A DNA stretch of 64,000 nt, from NCBI GenBank assembly GCA_051294375.1, contig CM119265.1:14481541-14545540 (forward strand), read 5' to 3'. Within the stretch, counting starts at the first letter, position 1. Every line of letters starts with the position of its first letter. Source of the DNA: Paraspadella gotoi (taxonomy: Eukaryota; Animalia; Chaetognatha). This document shows positions 1 to 12,400 of this stretch, one piece after another. The position numbers and the translations under genes are program-made. The notes under the pieces were generated by a model. The model saw only the letters and a program-made list of their open reading frames with translations, did no database searches and was not told the DNA's origin.

Positions 1-3000
1 GGCGCGTTTCATTGATAAAAACATAACAGACCTGTGCAAAAAAAAAAAGAGGACACACAAAAACATTATGAAAATAAATCAAGTTAGATTCCTTGAAAAT
101 TAAAGATATTATAAGTGAATAATAATCATAGAAAACGGAACTATTGGTGTAAATTTGGTTAATATGTAGCTATCCGTTTCTAAGCAGTGATTTTTTAAAA
201 GTAATTACTCAAACAGAATGTAAGAGCAGAAGAAAATTTATGTATTTTTAAGGTGCTGTAGCTATGGAATGACTGGACCGATTTTCTTTTAAGTTACGCA
301 TGGATTCCTTTTTCAAAACTTCTTATTTCCCATTTTAAAAAATATTATGATAAGTGCACGGAAGCATTTAAAAATTATTTTATTTTAATAAATTCTGATA
401 AAAGTTTGATAAACTTTTTAATTTTTTTTTTGTTTTATTGATGAAAATTTTAAAAACTATAAAATTCAATAATGATGATGATAATTTTTTAAGGTTTTTA
501 ATGGTCAAAATTTTTTAAAAATTATCATTTATTATATATTAAGAAATATTTAAAAGCTTCAGCTTTAACCCAATGAACTATTTTAAAAAGTTGCCTTGAA
601 AATCGATTTAATAGTAGAAGTAAAAAAGAAATTTTTTTGGGAGAACTAGATGTTATAAAAAGTGTTCAATTTTGGCCCGCCTTAATAAATACAATGCCCA
701 TAAATTAAGGCTAAAAAGTATCCCCTGTTTTGGGCATATCTTCAAAAATGGTTTTTTTCCGTCATTTCGTTTTTGACCATTTGTCTTTTGGGAGCTATAT
801 TCCATATAGTCCTTGAAAGCTTTAACCAATTTTTTTAACTTACACATATGGATTTTCCATTTCAAAATCTACATTTATCATTCATAAATTTTTATAATAT
901 TTCGGTAAGTTAAGTTTGAAGAGTATCCTCTTTTTTTTTTTGCACACATCTGTAAAAACAGTTAACGGTTAATGATTTTTTTCTATTTAGAAATTTTTTT
1001 TGGCTCACAACGCGATTTTGTTTCTCATCAGACAGCAAGTTTCTTGTCTCGTGTTCTGGTAAAATTTCAATTTTTTTTCTTGTTTCAAGGTTATTTTTTA
1101 GTCAATAATTTTTGAAAATAGTTGAAAAAATATTTATTTTGTAGTTTATTCATAATGGTTTTTTTTTAAACGGTTTTGGTCGGTTTTTGTTTTTTGTTTT
1201 TTAATTTTTTATATGATTTATCGAATGGAATTACCATAGAAAAAAAAATTCAGCGAAAGTTGTGTTTTCATTTATATTGAAAAATGAGAATGTTACTTTT
1301 CAAGTGCCAGTCATTACAAGTTTATATTGAGAATTGTTTGTGAACTTCTTGAGCTGGGCTGTATTAGTAACTTAACAATGGAAGGGTATAAGAAATGGCA
1401 GCCGCATAGTTGCCATCGCAAGTCTTCCGCTTTTGAGCATTTGTTATAATATAACACGCTCAAATACTCACTTTGCTCAGTCAATTCCCATATCCACCAA
1501 GTATTAGATTTTAGAAATAAGTTCTATATACCAACACATTATGTATCTCGTACACCATTATAATATATCGACCTGACTTCGTTTAGAAACGAAATTGTAT
1601 GTAAAACAATTATTAATAAAAAGGGGTATCAGGTATTTTGAAATTTTTGTATTTTTTATATATATATGTGGTAAGTTTTTTTCTAATCTGATCTTATTCA
1701 TACGCTAAGTTTAAATTAAATTTTATAATATTTGGTGTGAGAAAAATATTATGCCTTTCTCTTTCTCTCTTATTTCCCCCTTTTTCTCTCTACTGTTAAG
1801 CAAAAATCGCGTTGTTTTTTCCGTTCTGTTTCTTCGAAACATTTTCCTATAGTTCTTTCGTGGTCGTGTGCTAAGGTGTTGATTAAATTCATTTTTATCC
1901 CTGTTTGTTCCAATGTTACGCAGCTTTTGAAAGGAATTTAATTGCTTCCTTTGATACATGTTGACGTTTTCAAGCATTAAACATTCATTTTGAGTCTTTG
2001 AAAAAGTGTCAGTGTAACCATCGTGACGTATATATCTTAAGATTTGATCATCTTTCTCGAACCTCGTCATTATCATCCACGTTATCACCGACAAAAATTT
2101 TGGGCAGGGTGCTAAAAACAAATCAAGATTTTTTACACAACTTCTATTTTCTAAGATGAAAGCTTCTCAAAAATATTTAATATTGTTAAAACCAAAGTTA
2201 TATCAAATTTTGTTGAAAATTTTTTAGTCCTTGCTTTCTCCTTCGCATACTTCCACCATAACGTCTCTAAATCCTATAAACATGCTGTAAATCGTCAGTG
2301 TCATTGTTTCATCCTTTGTACTTAGTTGTAGATAAATCCATTTTACAATTAGGTTATACTATATGTAGGACCAAGTCTCAACTTTACGATTTATAGCACA
2401 GTTTGCACAAAGGACATCTAAAATAGTCACGTTACTTTGTAGCAAAACTAGAGAACCGTTAACGATAGAGAAGCATACGTATATGAATCAAAGTTATTCG
2501 CCAACCATCTGCTCTGTTATTATCATTCGTGATATACAAGTAGTTCTTGTATTGTTAACATTTTATCTTTTTGTTTTTAGATGTTTGTTTACTACGTGTA
2601 TGCTTTTATCTAGAACAATTTCTTTACTTGGAATGCCGTATTGTGATAATAAGATCTGACCTTTTTTTGTAGTGTTTTTAGATATAACTTGTATTGATTC
2701 AAACTTGACAAATCTATTAATAATATCCAGTTTCCGTCCGAGTTTCATATATATTTAGATTTCAATCTCTGATACCCATTTGACCTGGTTTAGCTCGCAG
2801 AATTGATTGAAAGATTTCCAGGAAATTTCAATTTTAAAAAAAATCGAATCTAGTATTTCTTTTCGCAATGAAGGAACCATGGTCTTCAGTTGAAAACTAA
2901 GATTGAAGTAATCAGAGGTAATAAGTAAAATTCTTGAACCATTTTTAACAGAAAAAAAAAAACGGTTGTTGCATGCGAGAATTATAAAGCGAATATCGAG

Positions 3001-3539
3001 GTGGTCTTCCAGACTAGAATATCAGATAGATTGTCACTTGTATTTATCACCTGTTTGTTTGGACGCCACCTCTTTTTTCGTTGAGGAAAGTTTTGTCTGT
3101 AACTCGTTGAATCCTTGCGTATGAACGTAAACATTATTAGCACACATGTTTGATTATGCTTAAAAGCCATTTGAATAAAAAATGAGACATTTTAAAAAGG
3201 AAAATTAAGTTATGGAAATAATTTGAAGTTTTGATTATAGAAAAATTTTATTTTAGCAGATTGTCTCGTTTTTTAACTTGTCATTTGGACTACATCATGT
3301 TGTTTCCCAAATCATAAAATCGTTTTTCGCTTTGAGGTTTTTAACTGCCAAGTAATTAAAGCCAGGTTATTTAGTATGTCAATTTACCAACATTGTGCTC
3401 GCTCGTAATTATTTTTGAGTCAGTATTTGCGCTCTATGCTTTTGAAGATGCTTAAAATACCGATGACTCAGAAGTTTAAATTTACTAAAATAGTTTTTTT
3501 TGGAGCAGAAGACATTTAAGTTTTAACTGGGCATTTTTA

Positions 3540-3660
3540 CTCTTGCCCCTGACTTTGGACAGGCTCTGGTGGTTTAAGCTTTAAGGCCTCCATCACACTT
3601 ACAAGACTTGCAAGCTTTCAATCAAGACTTTCTTAGTCTCGTGGTATAATGTCTCAATGA
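3540..3660. repeat. Dispersed repeat family C; related reverse-orientation copies at ~52022-52120 and ~57070-57200
   Basis: tcttgcccctgactttggacaggc...ggtggtttaag...ggcctccatcac is the reverse complement of gtgatggaggccttaaaccaccaaagcctgtccaaagtcagggg (~52063-52107) and is similar to gcctgtccgaagtcgggggcaaga (~57171-57194). Confidence 0.6.
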
Positions 3661-4282
3661 ATGTTTCAATTGTATAAGAAGACTACTCCTATAAGTATTT
3701 GTATAAGTATATTTAATAGAGCGTAGTGAAAGTTATGTATGAAAATTCTAAAAGTACCACCAATGAACATTCATTTATAAAAAAAAAATTAATTTTGTTA
3801 ATTTTCACAGTAGGCTATATTAATTAAGGCAGAACAGGTTACGATCTAACAGAAGTCCGGTATAAATATTGTTAATGTGTTTATTAAAGATCTTGAAAAT
3901 AAAAAAAAATTTAAGATTTATCTTATAGTTAAACGCAAAGAAGCTATTTTATATTATCCAAATACTATATAATATCAAAATATTTTTTTAATGGATTCTG
4001 ATAAAGCTTCAAAGGTGAGATGATGGTTATTATTATAACTTTTTGAAATTTTAATGATTTATCTTTGAAAATTAACAAAAATTATAAAATTTAAAGAATG
4101 ATGATGATTTTTTAAGGTTTTTCAAATTTTCACCATTTGTAGTATTAACTTTTATCTAACTTTTTAATCTTTATCAGAATCCATTTTGAAAAATTTAAAT
4201 TATATTTTTTAAGCATTTCTTATATATTGTTAAATATTAAAATGCTTCCATGCATGAGGAAAATTAATTTAATCAAAATCTA

Positions 4283-4487
4283 TTAGAAGAGGTTTGAAAT
4301 TAATTTCAACAACGATTTTTATTAGTATTGGACATGTTTCGGCTTAGGTACAAGCCTTCATAAGCGTTTGAAGGCTGATGAAGGCTTGTACCTAAGCCGA
4401 AACATGTCCAATACTAATAAAAATCGTTGTTGAAATTAATTTCAAACTTCTTCTAATTGTCACTACACAACGAAAAAAAAGGATTAC
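4283..4487. mobile_element. Penelope-like (PLE) palindromic remnant with a minimal hammerhead motif
   Basis: Near-perfect ~80-bp inverted arms (~4283-4361 / ~4378-4456) followed by a tail tacacaacgaaaaaaaagga. Hammerhead core at 4375-4408. Flanking near-duplication aatc(a/g)aaatctatt at 4271-4284 and 4488-4501. Confidence 0.6.
4375..4408 (+). ncRNA. Minimal type-I hammerhead ribozyme motif
   Basis: CUGAUGA-A-GGCUU(guaccu)AAGCC-GAAAC-AUG-UC: conserved core, 5-bp stem II and palindromic ACAUGU stem-III region, as in PLE-associated minimal hammerheads. Stem I is weak. Confidence 0.55.
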
Positions 4488-5431
4488 AATCGAAATCTAT
4501 TGTGTTAATCCTTTCGGCTTCTAATAATCGAAATCTAATATCTTAAGGAAATTTGGTTGTAAAAAGACAAAAAACTTTTATTGCAGACTTTTTCATGTTT
4601 AAAAAGTGTTAAATTCTGGCCCGCCTTAATATTTATATATAGTACTATCCGTGTTTCAGTTGTAGTACGTTCACATGTAACGTCAAAGTTCAAAGTATTT
4701 TAATTTTAGCCTATGTGAACAGAATATTTTTTCAGGAAAAGAACCTTTGAATTTTAAGCATTCCTTAAAAGTGTTAGTTTTGCATTAGAGATAGTTTTAT
4801 ATTTTAATTCAGATAAAAAATACGTGCCAACAGCATAGGGCCTTTCTTGTGTGAAAGTGAAACGGAATTTTAGCCAGTATAATAAGAGTGATGTTAAGTA
4901 TTTATAACTGTAAACGAAACAAGTCTAGTTAAACTTGATATAAGAAAGCATTATTTATAAATGCATATATACTATTGTAGTTACAATTTAAAATTATAAA
5001 TATGACGAATGGTCAAGAATTAAAATGACCAACTTCAAGTGAGTAACTAAGCTACGCGAGCTGCTCTCTCGAAATACAATATAGAATAAGCCCAACACAA
5101 GGGTTTTAAAGGCACTGCTTTCTCTCTGCTTAAAGGATAGAAATTGCCTAATGTAGTGAACTGGGATAATTTTATGGAGAAAATAAAAGCGACGATTTGT
5201 GAATTAAATGAGAAAAATAAACTGTAATTCCAAGGTGTTGCGCCGTCTTACTAATAAAACGTAAGCATAAAAATTGTCTCATCGATTAGTTATGAAGCAT
5301 AATTTTCTGTTCTCATGACCCATTTTAAGGTAATCACTTATTAATGAAATTGATTCAGTAGTATAAGGTATAGCTGTTAAATATGGAAGTGGGATAGACA
5401 GACCAATCGAAAAGTGACTTATGAAGAGACA

Positions 5432-5610
5432 GTAATAGTTGTTATGAGTTAGTGACAGAAATGTTCAGTCCCTGACTTAGGATCAGGCTGTAAAACCGTA
5501 TTACAGGCGGGTTAACCCTGGACCTTTGGGTTGGAAGGCGAATGACTTGCCTCCTGCACCAATGACCGCTGATGAACGGTTAGTGGATTTTAGTCCACCA
5601 TACTTATATA
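5432..5610 (-). mobile_element. SINE-like element, family B (tRNA-like head)
   Basis: Reverse complement of 39661-39890 (ggtggactaaaatccac-aaccgttcatcagcgg...ggaggcaagtcattcgcc-cccaacccaaaggtcc...cctgatcc...ctgtcactaac). Confidence 0.55.
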
Positions 5611-5654
5611 CTATATATAGTTTCACTGTGATTAGTAGTTTACTATATTAAACT

Positions 5655-5813
5655 GGGTAACATTTTACTTTCGCCGACCGGGGTTTTGGCGTCTTTTTAA
5701 AAAAAATTAAAACCTAATTACTCTAATCCTAACCACCTCTAACCCTAAACCAAACCTGAACAACCCTTAACCCTAAACCCCCCAAACGCCGGTCGGCGAA
5801 AGTAAATTATGCC
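5655..5813. mobile_element. MITE with ~25-bp TIRs and an internal degenerate CCCTAA array
   Basis: TIRs gggtaacattttactttcgccgaccgg ... ccggtcggcgaaagtaaattatgcc enclose taaccct/cctaac/ccctaaa units. Other copies at 16908-17094 and, degenerate, ~44817-45085. Confidence 0.7.
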
Positions 5814-6696
5814 TTAGTCTTAGTCTAAGACTTAAACGGGTTAGCATTGAAAATAATTTTAAGCCTTTGTTTTTTTTCTATTGTCTTGTTAGATATGGAA
5901 GTGCGGAGTAATACGGAACACTTGAAAGAAATCAAACTTTTCGCATACTAAATATATTTTTAACTAGGCTTCCAATGAACGTTTTAAGCATAATAATTTA
6001 TAAATTTAATAGTGTGTATAATTTAATTTGTGGATAAGGAGCTAAGTGGGCTGAAGACTACTATCGGTAACTTCTATGCCCCCTCAGCAGCCAATCGAAC
6101 GGGTCCACGGCTTGGAACCAGGCTTGAGGGTTTTTCTGAGAGCAAGCTATTGACGAAATCATATTCACATAGCCTTTTACATTTATTAGCCATTTTGATC
6201 TATTTCGCACTATTTATTAAGTTTTGTTATGTTTAATAATTTTTTTCGACTTTAATAATATGTTAAAATTTGGTTTGCATTTATTTTTTTAGAGCCATTA
6301 TTAAAAACAATAATAAACATTATTAGATTTAGATAAAAAAGAAATTCGACGGTTTGGTACGTACTTGAGAGGAATTTGTCGGAAATGCCGTAAGTTTATT
6401 GTATTCGTTATTTCCAGTCCCGTCAAATGTTAGTTACATTGGTTGTATCGATTTCATATATACTTTTTTGCTTTTTGTCATATTACCTTTTTAATATTCC
6501 AACGCCGTCATGAAAGATAAATCTGCTAGTGCTACTCTAATTCGTTTAGAAATAAAATCTAGCTAAGCTGCTAAAACATTTTTTTTATTCTTCAGACTTA
6601 AATTATTGCAAAATTAGTTAATTTAGTGCTACACAGGATAAATTACCGCCTGTTATTTTCTAGGTTTAAAACGTTGATCTATCTACTGGTCAGTAA

Positions 6697-7254
6697 GGCG
6701 TAGTGAAAGTTACATACGAAAATTCTAAAAGTCAATTATGAACAATATACCATCAGTGAATATTAATTTATAAAAAAAAATTAATTTTGTTTTTTTAATT
6801 TTTGCAGTAGGCTATATTTATATATAGTACTATCCTTATAAAATCGAAAAATTTCAAAATAGGCTTTTTTTAATTTTGATTGCAGATTTGAATTCCTCGT
6901 CAAAAGTTGATATAAGAAAATATAAATATTTTTTTAAAATTCTTTCATTAAGTGGGTTAAAAATTAAAAAAACTATATTTAATATATAAAAAGTCAATTT
7001 TAACTTCAAATATAGCTTATTCTAATTTTTGACCCACTTAATGAAGGAATTTTTTAAAAAGAGTTATATTTCTTTTTACCAACTTTTTATGACGAATCCA
7101 AATCCAAATTAGTATTAGTATAAATATGGCCTACTGCATAAATTGTAAAATTTATTATAATTTTTTTATTACATAAATGTTCATTAGTATAATGTTGTTC
7201 GTTCCTCACTTTTAGAATTTTAATTAAAGTTAAATTTAAAAATTTTACTACGCC
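6697..7254. mobile_element. MITE with ggcgtagt...actacgcc TIRs
   Basis: Ends read aa|ggcgtagtgaaagt ... ttttactacgcc|tt. Related copies at 41738-42287 and from ~3718. Confidence 0.6.
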
Positions 7255-7635
7255 TTACTGGTCAGTTGGGTTAAACGTCCTGTCCCGCTTACAAGCATTG
7301 ACACTAAAGGGTGAACTTAGGTAATATTTTGCCTTATTAACTGAGCAAAGTGTTACTCAAATAACCTAGGTAACAATATATTCCATTTTTTTGTTTTATT
7401 TCTTTATTAACTCTACTTTTAATTGGCAATATAGTTAATTAGTTATTTCGGTGTGAAAAAAGTGGTTACATTTTTTTGCGGCGCAGTGATTTTTAATTTC
7501 GAAATTCAAATAACCAGTACTTGTTTGTTTTCTGATTAATCATATAAAAAAATTAAGAAAATACCTATGACTTTTCGTGTCACTGGATATTACTAAGTTT
7601 AATTGGTTTTGAAGGAGCTTATCGTTTCTATGACT

Positions 7636-8589
7636 TCAAAAATTTGAATTATGTTCCTCGGGGAGGCTAGCAAATCGGAATACTTCCCCTGGAAAGCTCG
7701 ATCTAAGAACGGTGGCCACACTGTGTTCAAATTCCGGTGACCCCGCTACGAAAGCCGCCATCGGTTTGGCGTCTGAAAAGTTTTTTGCAATCATTTGAAT
7801 CGAATTCGCGTCCAGTCGCGATGACGTAGCTATTTCCCTGTATCGTTTTTTGAGACGCAGCGTCTCTTCTGATTCAGCGCTAAAATAATATTCCGCTTTG
7901 AAGTTCCAAAAGCTTGTCCACTCGGCCAGCCTCTCCCTTAACATCAAGTCTTCATAGCTCCTACATCCGTAGATGAGCGTCATTTCGGTTTCATCATCGT
8001 CGTCACTTAATATATTTTCTATGTACGGAATTAAGGCGGCGATAGCAACGCCTATGGAGAGCATGAGAATCTTCGAAAAACGGTTCCGTCGATATGTCAT
8101 TCCTCCACAAGGACCCCTGAGCTTCAACGAGTCTCCTTGCTTCAGAAACCCGGCAAAGTGAGACAATTTTCCGCCGGGCTTTAACTTTATCATAATTGTC
8201 ATCGATCTGTCGGCGATGTCAAAGGGTGTCAGTTGACGAACAACATATTCGCCGAGGCGGGTTTGGAACCGTACGATGACGTGATGACCGAGATCAAGGT
8301 TCGAGAGATTTCGTCTGGAGTCTCGTGGTCCCGCAATTATTTCGATTACGTCATGAGTTAAAGTTTTAACGTTTTGTACGATAAATTCCGTGTATTGATC
8401 GTGAGCGAGTGCAGGACGCAACGTTTCAGAAATCGATGATGACGGATTTTGCAGCAAAGTGCATTCCCTCTCCCAAAGCGTCAATTCCTGGTCGTAAAGA
8501 TCGAACACGCACGGAGCACAATCTCTTCCACAGCAGTCTTCTGACGATGGCTTCGTTGGTGGAAGAGGAGGAACAAAAGGAATTTCCAT
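7636..8589 (-). CDS. CYB5RL: NADH-cytochrome b5 reductase-like protein (oxidoreductase-like N-terminal domain plus FAD- and NAD-binding domains), single coding exon, ~317 aa
   Basis: N-terminal PPTKPSSEDCCGRDCAPCVFDLY motif, then LGHHVIVR, RQLTP, IKLKPGGKLS, LRGPCG, LIYGCRSYEDL, WTSFWNF. First ATG at 8589; the track ORF begins at an upstream non-ATG codon. Confidence 0.85.
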   Translation of the reverse strand: MEIPFVPPLPPTKPSSEDCCGRDCAPCVFDLYDQELTLWERECTLLQNPSSSISETLRPALAHDQYTEFIVQNVKTLTHDVIEIIAGPRDSRRNLSNLDLGHHVIVRFQTRLGEYVVRQLTPFDIADRSMTIMIKLKPGGKLSHFAGFLKQGDSLKLRGPCGGMTYRRNRFSKILMLSIGVAIAALIPYIENILSDDDDETEMTLIYGCRSYEDLMLRERLAEWTSFWNFKAEYYFSAESEETLRLKKRYREIATSSRLDANSIQMIAKNFSDAKPMAAFVAGSPEFEHSVATVLRSSFPGEVFRFASLPEEHNSNF

Positions 8590-9407
8590 ATTTTTTTTGC
8601 TAAAAATTTCACTCAAAAGGTAAAATAAAAGTCTAGTGAAATTCTATGCGGTCATTGCGATCTGTATTGCATTAAGCAAAATATAACATTTACCAAAAAA
8701 AATAAATTCCAGTTGGAAGAGATTTCCTAGTGGAATAATAATTTAACAATTTTTGCATATGACCGACGAGAAATAACGTTTTTACTTTTAAGTTAAGCCC
8801 CAGTTTGCCACTCCTATTGCCTTCCATCTCTCCAAAAGTCCGTTAAATTAAAAAATACTTTGTGAATATTATTCTTTATAACGAGTCCAATTTAAAGGCA
8901 TCCACATTCTGACTGCAGTATAAACAAATGTACCAAAATACTTGACCAAAAGCAGTGAGCAATGGAATTAACGAACAATTTGTTACATGGGATGTATTTT
9001 GCAAACAACTTTGCAAGTAGCTAATTCACTTGTGCGTTACATTACTAATTCTCACGAATTCCTTTAATTCTGATTGTTATGACGTCCGCTATTTTATTAA
9101 CCTTCCTTCAACGAGGTTACTTTACTTTTAAATTTAATTGCGGCGCTGACTGTCCGAAGGCCAATCGTCTAGATTATTATCCTATAGGAAAAAAGATGTA
9201 CGTAGTTTTCTGTAAATATGAAATCTTGTAACGGCTTTCCAGCATACTGCAATCATGAAAAAATCAGCTTCTTAAAGCTGAGTACAATGTTTTACATGTA
9301 TTATCAAGACTCAAGTTGTCATTGTGGAACAAAGCAACCAGAAAAAAAAATCGAATACTAATAATTCACAGCATCATAACGTAATAGTTTTCGAGCGACG
9401 AGTCTTG

Positions 9408-12400
9408 TTATGATTTGATATTCTTGGTCCCTTTAGATGTTCCCCCTTTGTTGGCTTGGCCGTCCAACGCTGACGACCCGGGGTTTCCTTCGATCTCAAC
9501 GTCGTCGGGGTGACACGCAACACGCTCAATGTCGTCTAAACTAGAATTTTCCACTCGTTGTTCTAAATCCTAATTAGGTAAAAAGAATTAATTTGAAAGG
9601 ATGCTCCATTTCCAGTCGAGTGTTGCACGATTTTTAAAAATTATTATTTTAATACTTAATTAATAATTGTAGAGTCATCGCATGTACTGTTTAAATAAAA
9701 GAAATTACTGCGCTTGAACCCAAATTCGACGTTTCTTAATCAATTAAGTCAATTTTAATTTAAAGATTATCCCCTGCAAATAGTGATTAAAGATTTTAGC
9801 AGTGTTCCAAGAGTTTCCAACCTTGCAGAATTGGTCAACGATCTTGTCTAAGTCGCTTGGAGAGAAATGCGGCTTCAAATCTATCCGAAGTTGCTCGACC
9901 AAGCGAGTCTTGGCCTTTGACTCTTCTAAGCGGAAGGCTCTTCCTTCGGGCTTTTTGATGGTCAAGTGAATCTTCGTGCCGGCGACAATATCGTAATCAC
10001 AGAGACACTGAGCGTCCGCCAGAATCTTACCCTGAATAAATAAAAATGAAACAAGTTTGAGCAAACAATGTCGGATCGGCCTACGAAAATTAATTAATTA
10101 ATTTTAATATTTAATAATTATAAATTTATATACAGCTTATCATCATCGATGTCCTTAAAATAAAGTAAATATGACTTATATTTTTTCCATTTAAACTCAT
10201 TTCCACTGGCACAAATCCGTCAAAACTTTATATCTAGCTTCTTCACACATTTCCTTCCCGCTCACAAAATTTCATCTCAATCTATTATAGGTTAAAATAA
10301 GTAAAAAGAGTCAAGTAAATGTGACTCATATTTTTTTCATTTAAACTCATTTCCACTCGTACCGAAACTTTATATCAAGCTTCGTCACACATTTTCCTAC
10401 CCACACACAAAATTTAAACTCAATCTATCCATCCAATTATTATTAATTAGAGTATTTATTGGTTAAAATAAGTAAAAAGATTTTAGTAAATGTGACTTAT
10501 GTTTTTTCCATTTAAACTCATATCCACTCACACGATTCCATTGAAACTTTATATCCAGCTTCATCACACATGTTCCTACCCATACACAAAATTTCATTCC
10601 GATCCAACCAGCCAATCACGAGTTATTGGTGCTTTTTGCTAAGGTGGGACGGATGGATGGATTGATTGACAGATTAATTAATGATTAATTAATTGACTAA
10701 TTGATTAATTAATTATTTTATTTATTAATACATCCTGCATATACATTTAATATAAAAGGAAAAAAAATCATAATCGATTAGTGAAACAGGTTTTTTGTTT
10801 TTTTCCATTTAAACTCATTTCCACTCAAACGATTCCATCGAAACTTGGTTTCCTGTTCATACACACACTTTACTACTCGCATACAAAATTCCAGGTCAAT
10901 CGCCCCATCCACTCATGAGCAATTGGTGTTCAAATAGTGAATTTTTTTTTTTTTTTCCATTTAAACTCATTTCCACTCGGACGATTCCATCGAAACTTTA
11001 TATCCAGCTTAATCACACACTTCCCTACCCACACACAAAATTTCATTTCAATCCATCCATCCAATCACGAGTAATTGGTGTTTTTTGCTAAGGTGGGACG
11101 GACGGACAGACGGACATCATTTTTTTTGCATAATTTATCATAATTCGATGTTCTGACATGATATAAGTTAATGCCCGACAATATTGAGGGGGCAGACCGA
11201 CGGACCGACAAAGTGAATTATAGAGTCGGGATCTGCTGATAAGCAGATCCGACTAAAAAAAAATAAAAATCAAAGGCTTTCTGAAAAAAGTATTGCGAAA
11301 CAAATTACTAACAACGGCTAGGCGAGGCAACGCTTCTGAAACTTTTACGAAATCAATTTCTTTAGGTTTAGTCAAGAAAAAGGGAATAAAATAGCGGCAT
11401 AGGCAACAAAATAGGCATAACCAAATCCACTCTTATTTAAATTCTGAATTCTTTCTTCGAGGTTAACGTCTATTATCGAAATCAAATAAGATGGGGGACG
11501 AAGAGGCCCCTGCTGAAGGAGCCGAAATGAACCCCAAGCCTGGTTGGTTTCCAACTTGAGGTGTATTTGTTTATACTCGTGGACGCTAATCCTTTCCTTT
11601 TTCTTAGGCGAAACTAAGAAAAAACAAACTTTTGCCGAGGGAGTCGCGGAAGCCAAAAGAAACAACAAAGGCGGATCCTTCGTCAAGAGCTACTTTTTAG
11701 TTTTGTGCGGTAATAAAAGAGCTACAAGAATACTATACCCCAGAGGGCCTTTGTAAGACGACTTTCTTAAAGCTTATACCTACTGACATTTTTCCAGCAA
11801 CGACCGCGATTACCATTTGCCTCTTGCTATTAATGTCCATTCCAATCACCATGATAGGTGAGGTTCTAGAAGAAAAGCGGTACACGACTACACGTTCTCT
11901 TTTCACGCTTTGTTCAATCTATTACCTCTACAGGAATGGGCGGTGCCTACATTGACAAGTGTCCCCGCGAAAGGATGATCCCCATATTCCTCATAGTGTT
12001 CGGGGTTTTCGCCGTGGTCGCCATATTGTTGTCAATTCCGCTTCATTGTCAGGCTTCCCACTATCACAGTGACGAGAAACATATCCTTCTGATCTGCCTC
12101 TGCTGCGTCGTGTGCGTCTTCGAGATCTTTCTCTTCATCTGGTTCCTCGCCGGAAACGTCTGGGTTTTCAGGTGTGCTTTTCCTGACGGGAGCGACTTTC
12201 TAAATCCGTAGCCGTCATGTCTTTTCTTTTTCGCTCTCAGGATAAACATGCCCACACAAGCGGAATGCGACACAGACCTGTACCTCTTCTCATTTTGGAT
12301 CATTATCGTCATCTACATCCTTGTCATACTCTTAATCGTCATCCTTTGCTGCATAACTCTCATTATCATTGCAAAAGCCAACAAGTCAGTTTCGAGATAA

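Larger units (their letters stand above)
3828..4625. mobile_element. Non-autonomous DNA element (MITE) with TTAA flanks and GG...CC ends (Kolobok-like end pattern), inserted in another MITE
   Basis: Ends read ttaa|ggcagaacagg ... ctggcccgcc|ttaa, and the same right end occurs at ~655-684. The flanks rejoin to gtaggctata..tatttatatatagtactatcc, which is uninterrupted at ~6807-6835. Confidence 0.55.

Noticed and set aside
10170-11080. CRISPR-like regularly spaced repeats
   Set aside because: Eukaryotic context, and whole units are homologous with no unique spacers; these are the central repeats of a transposon.
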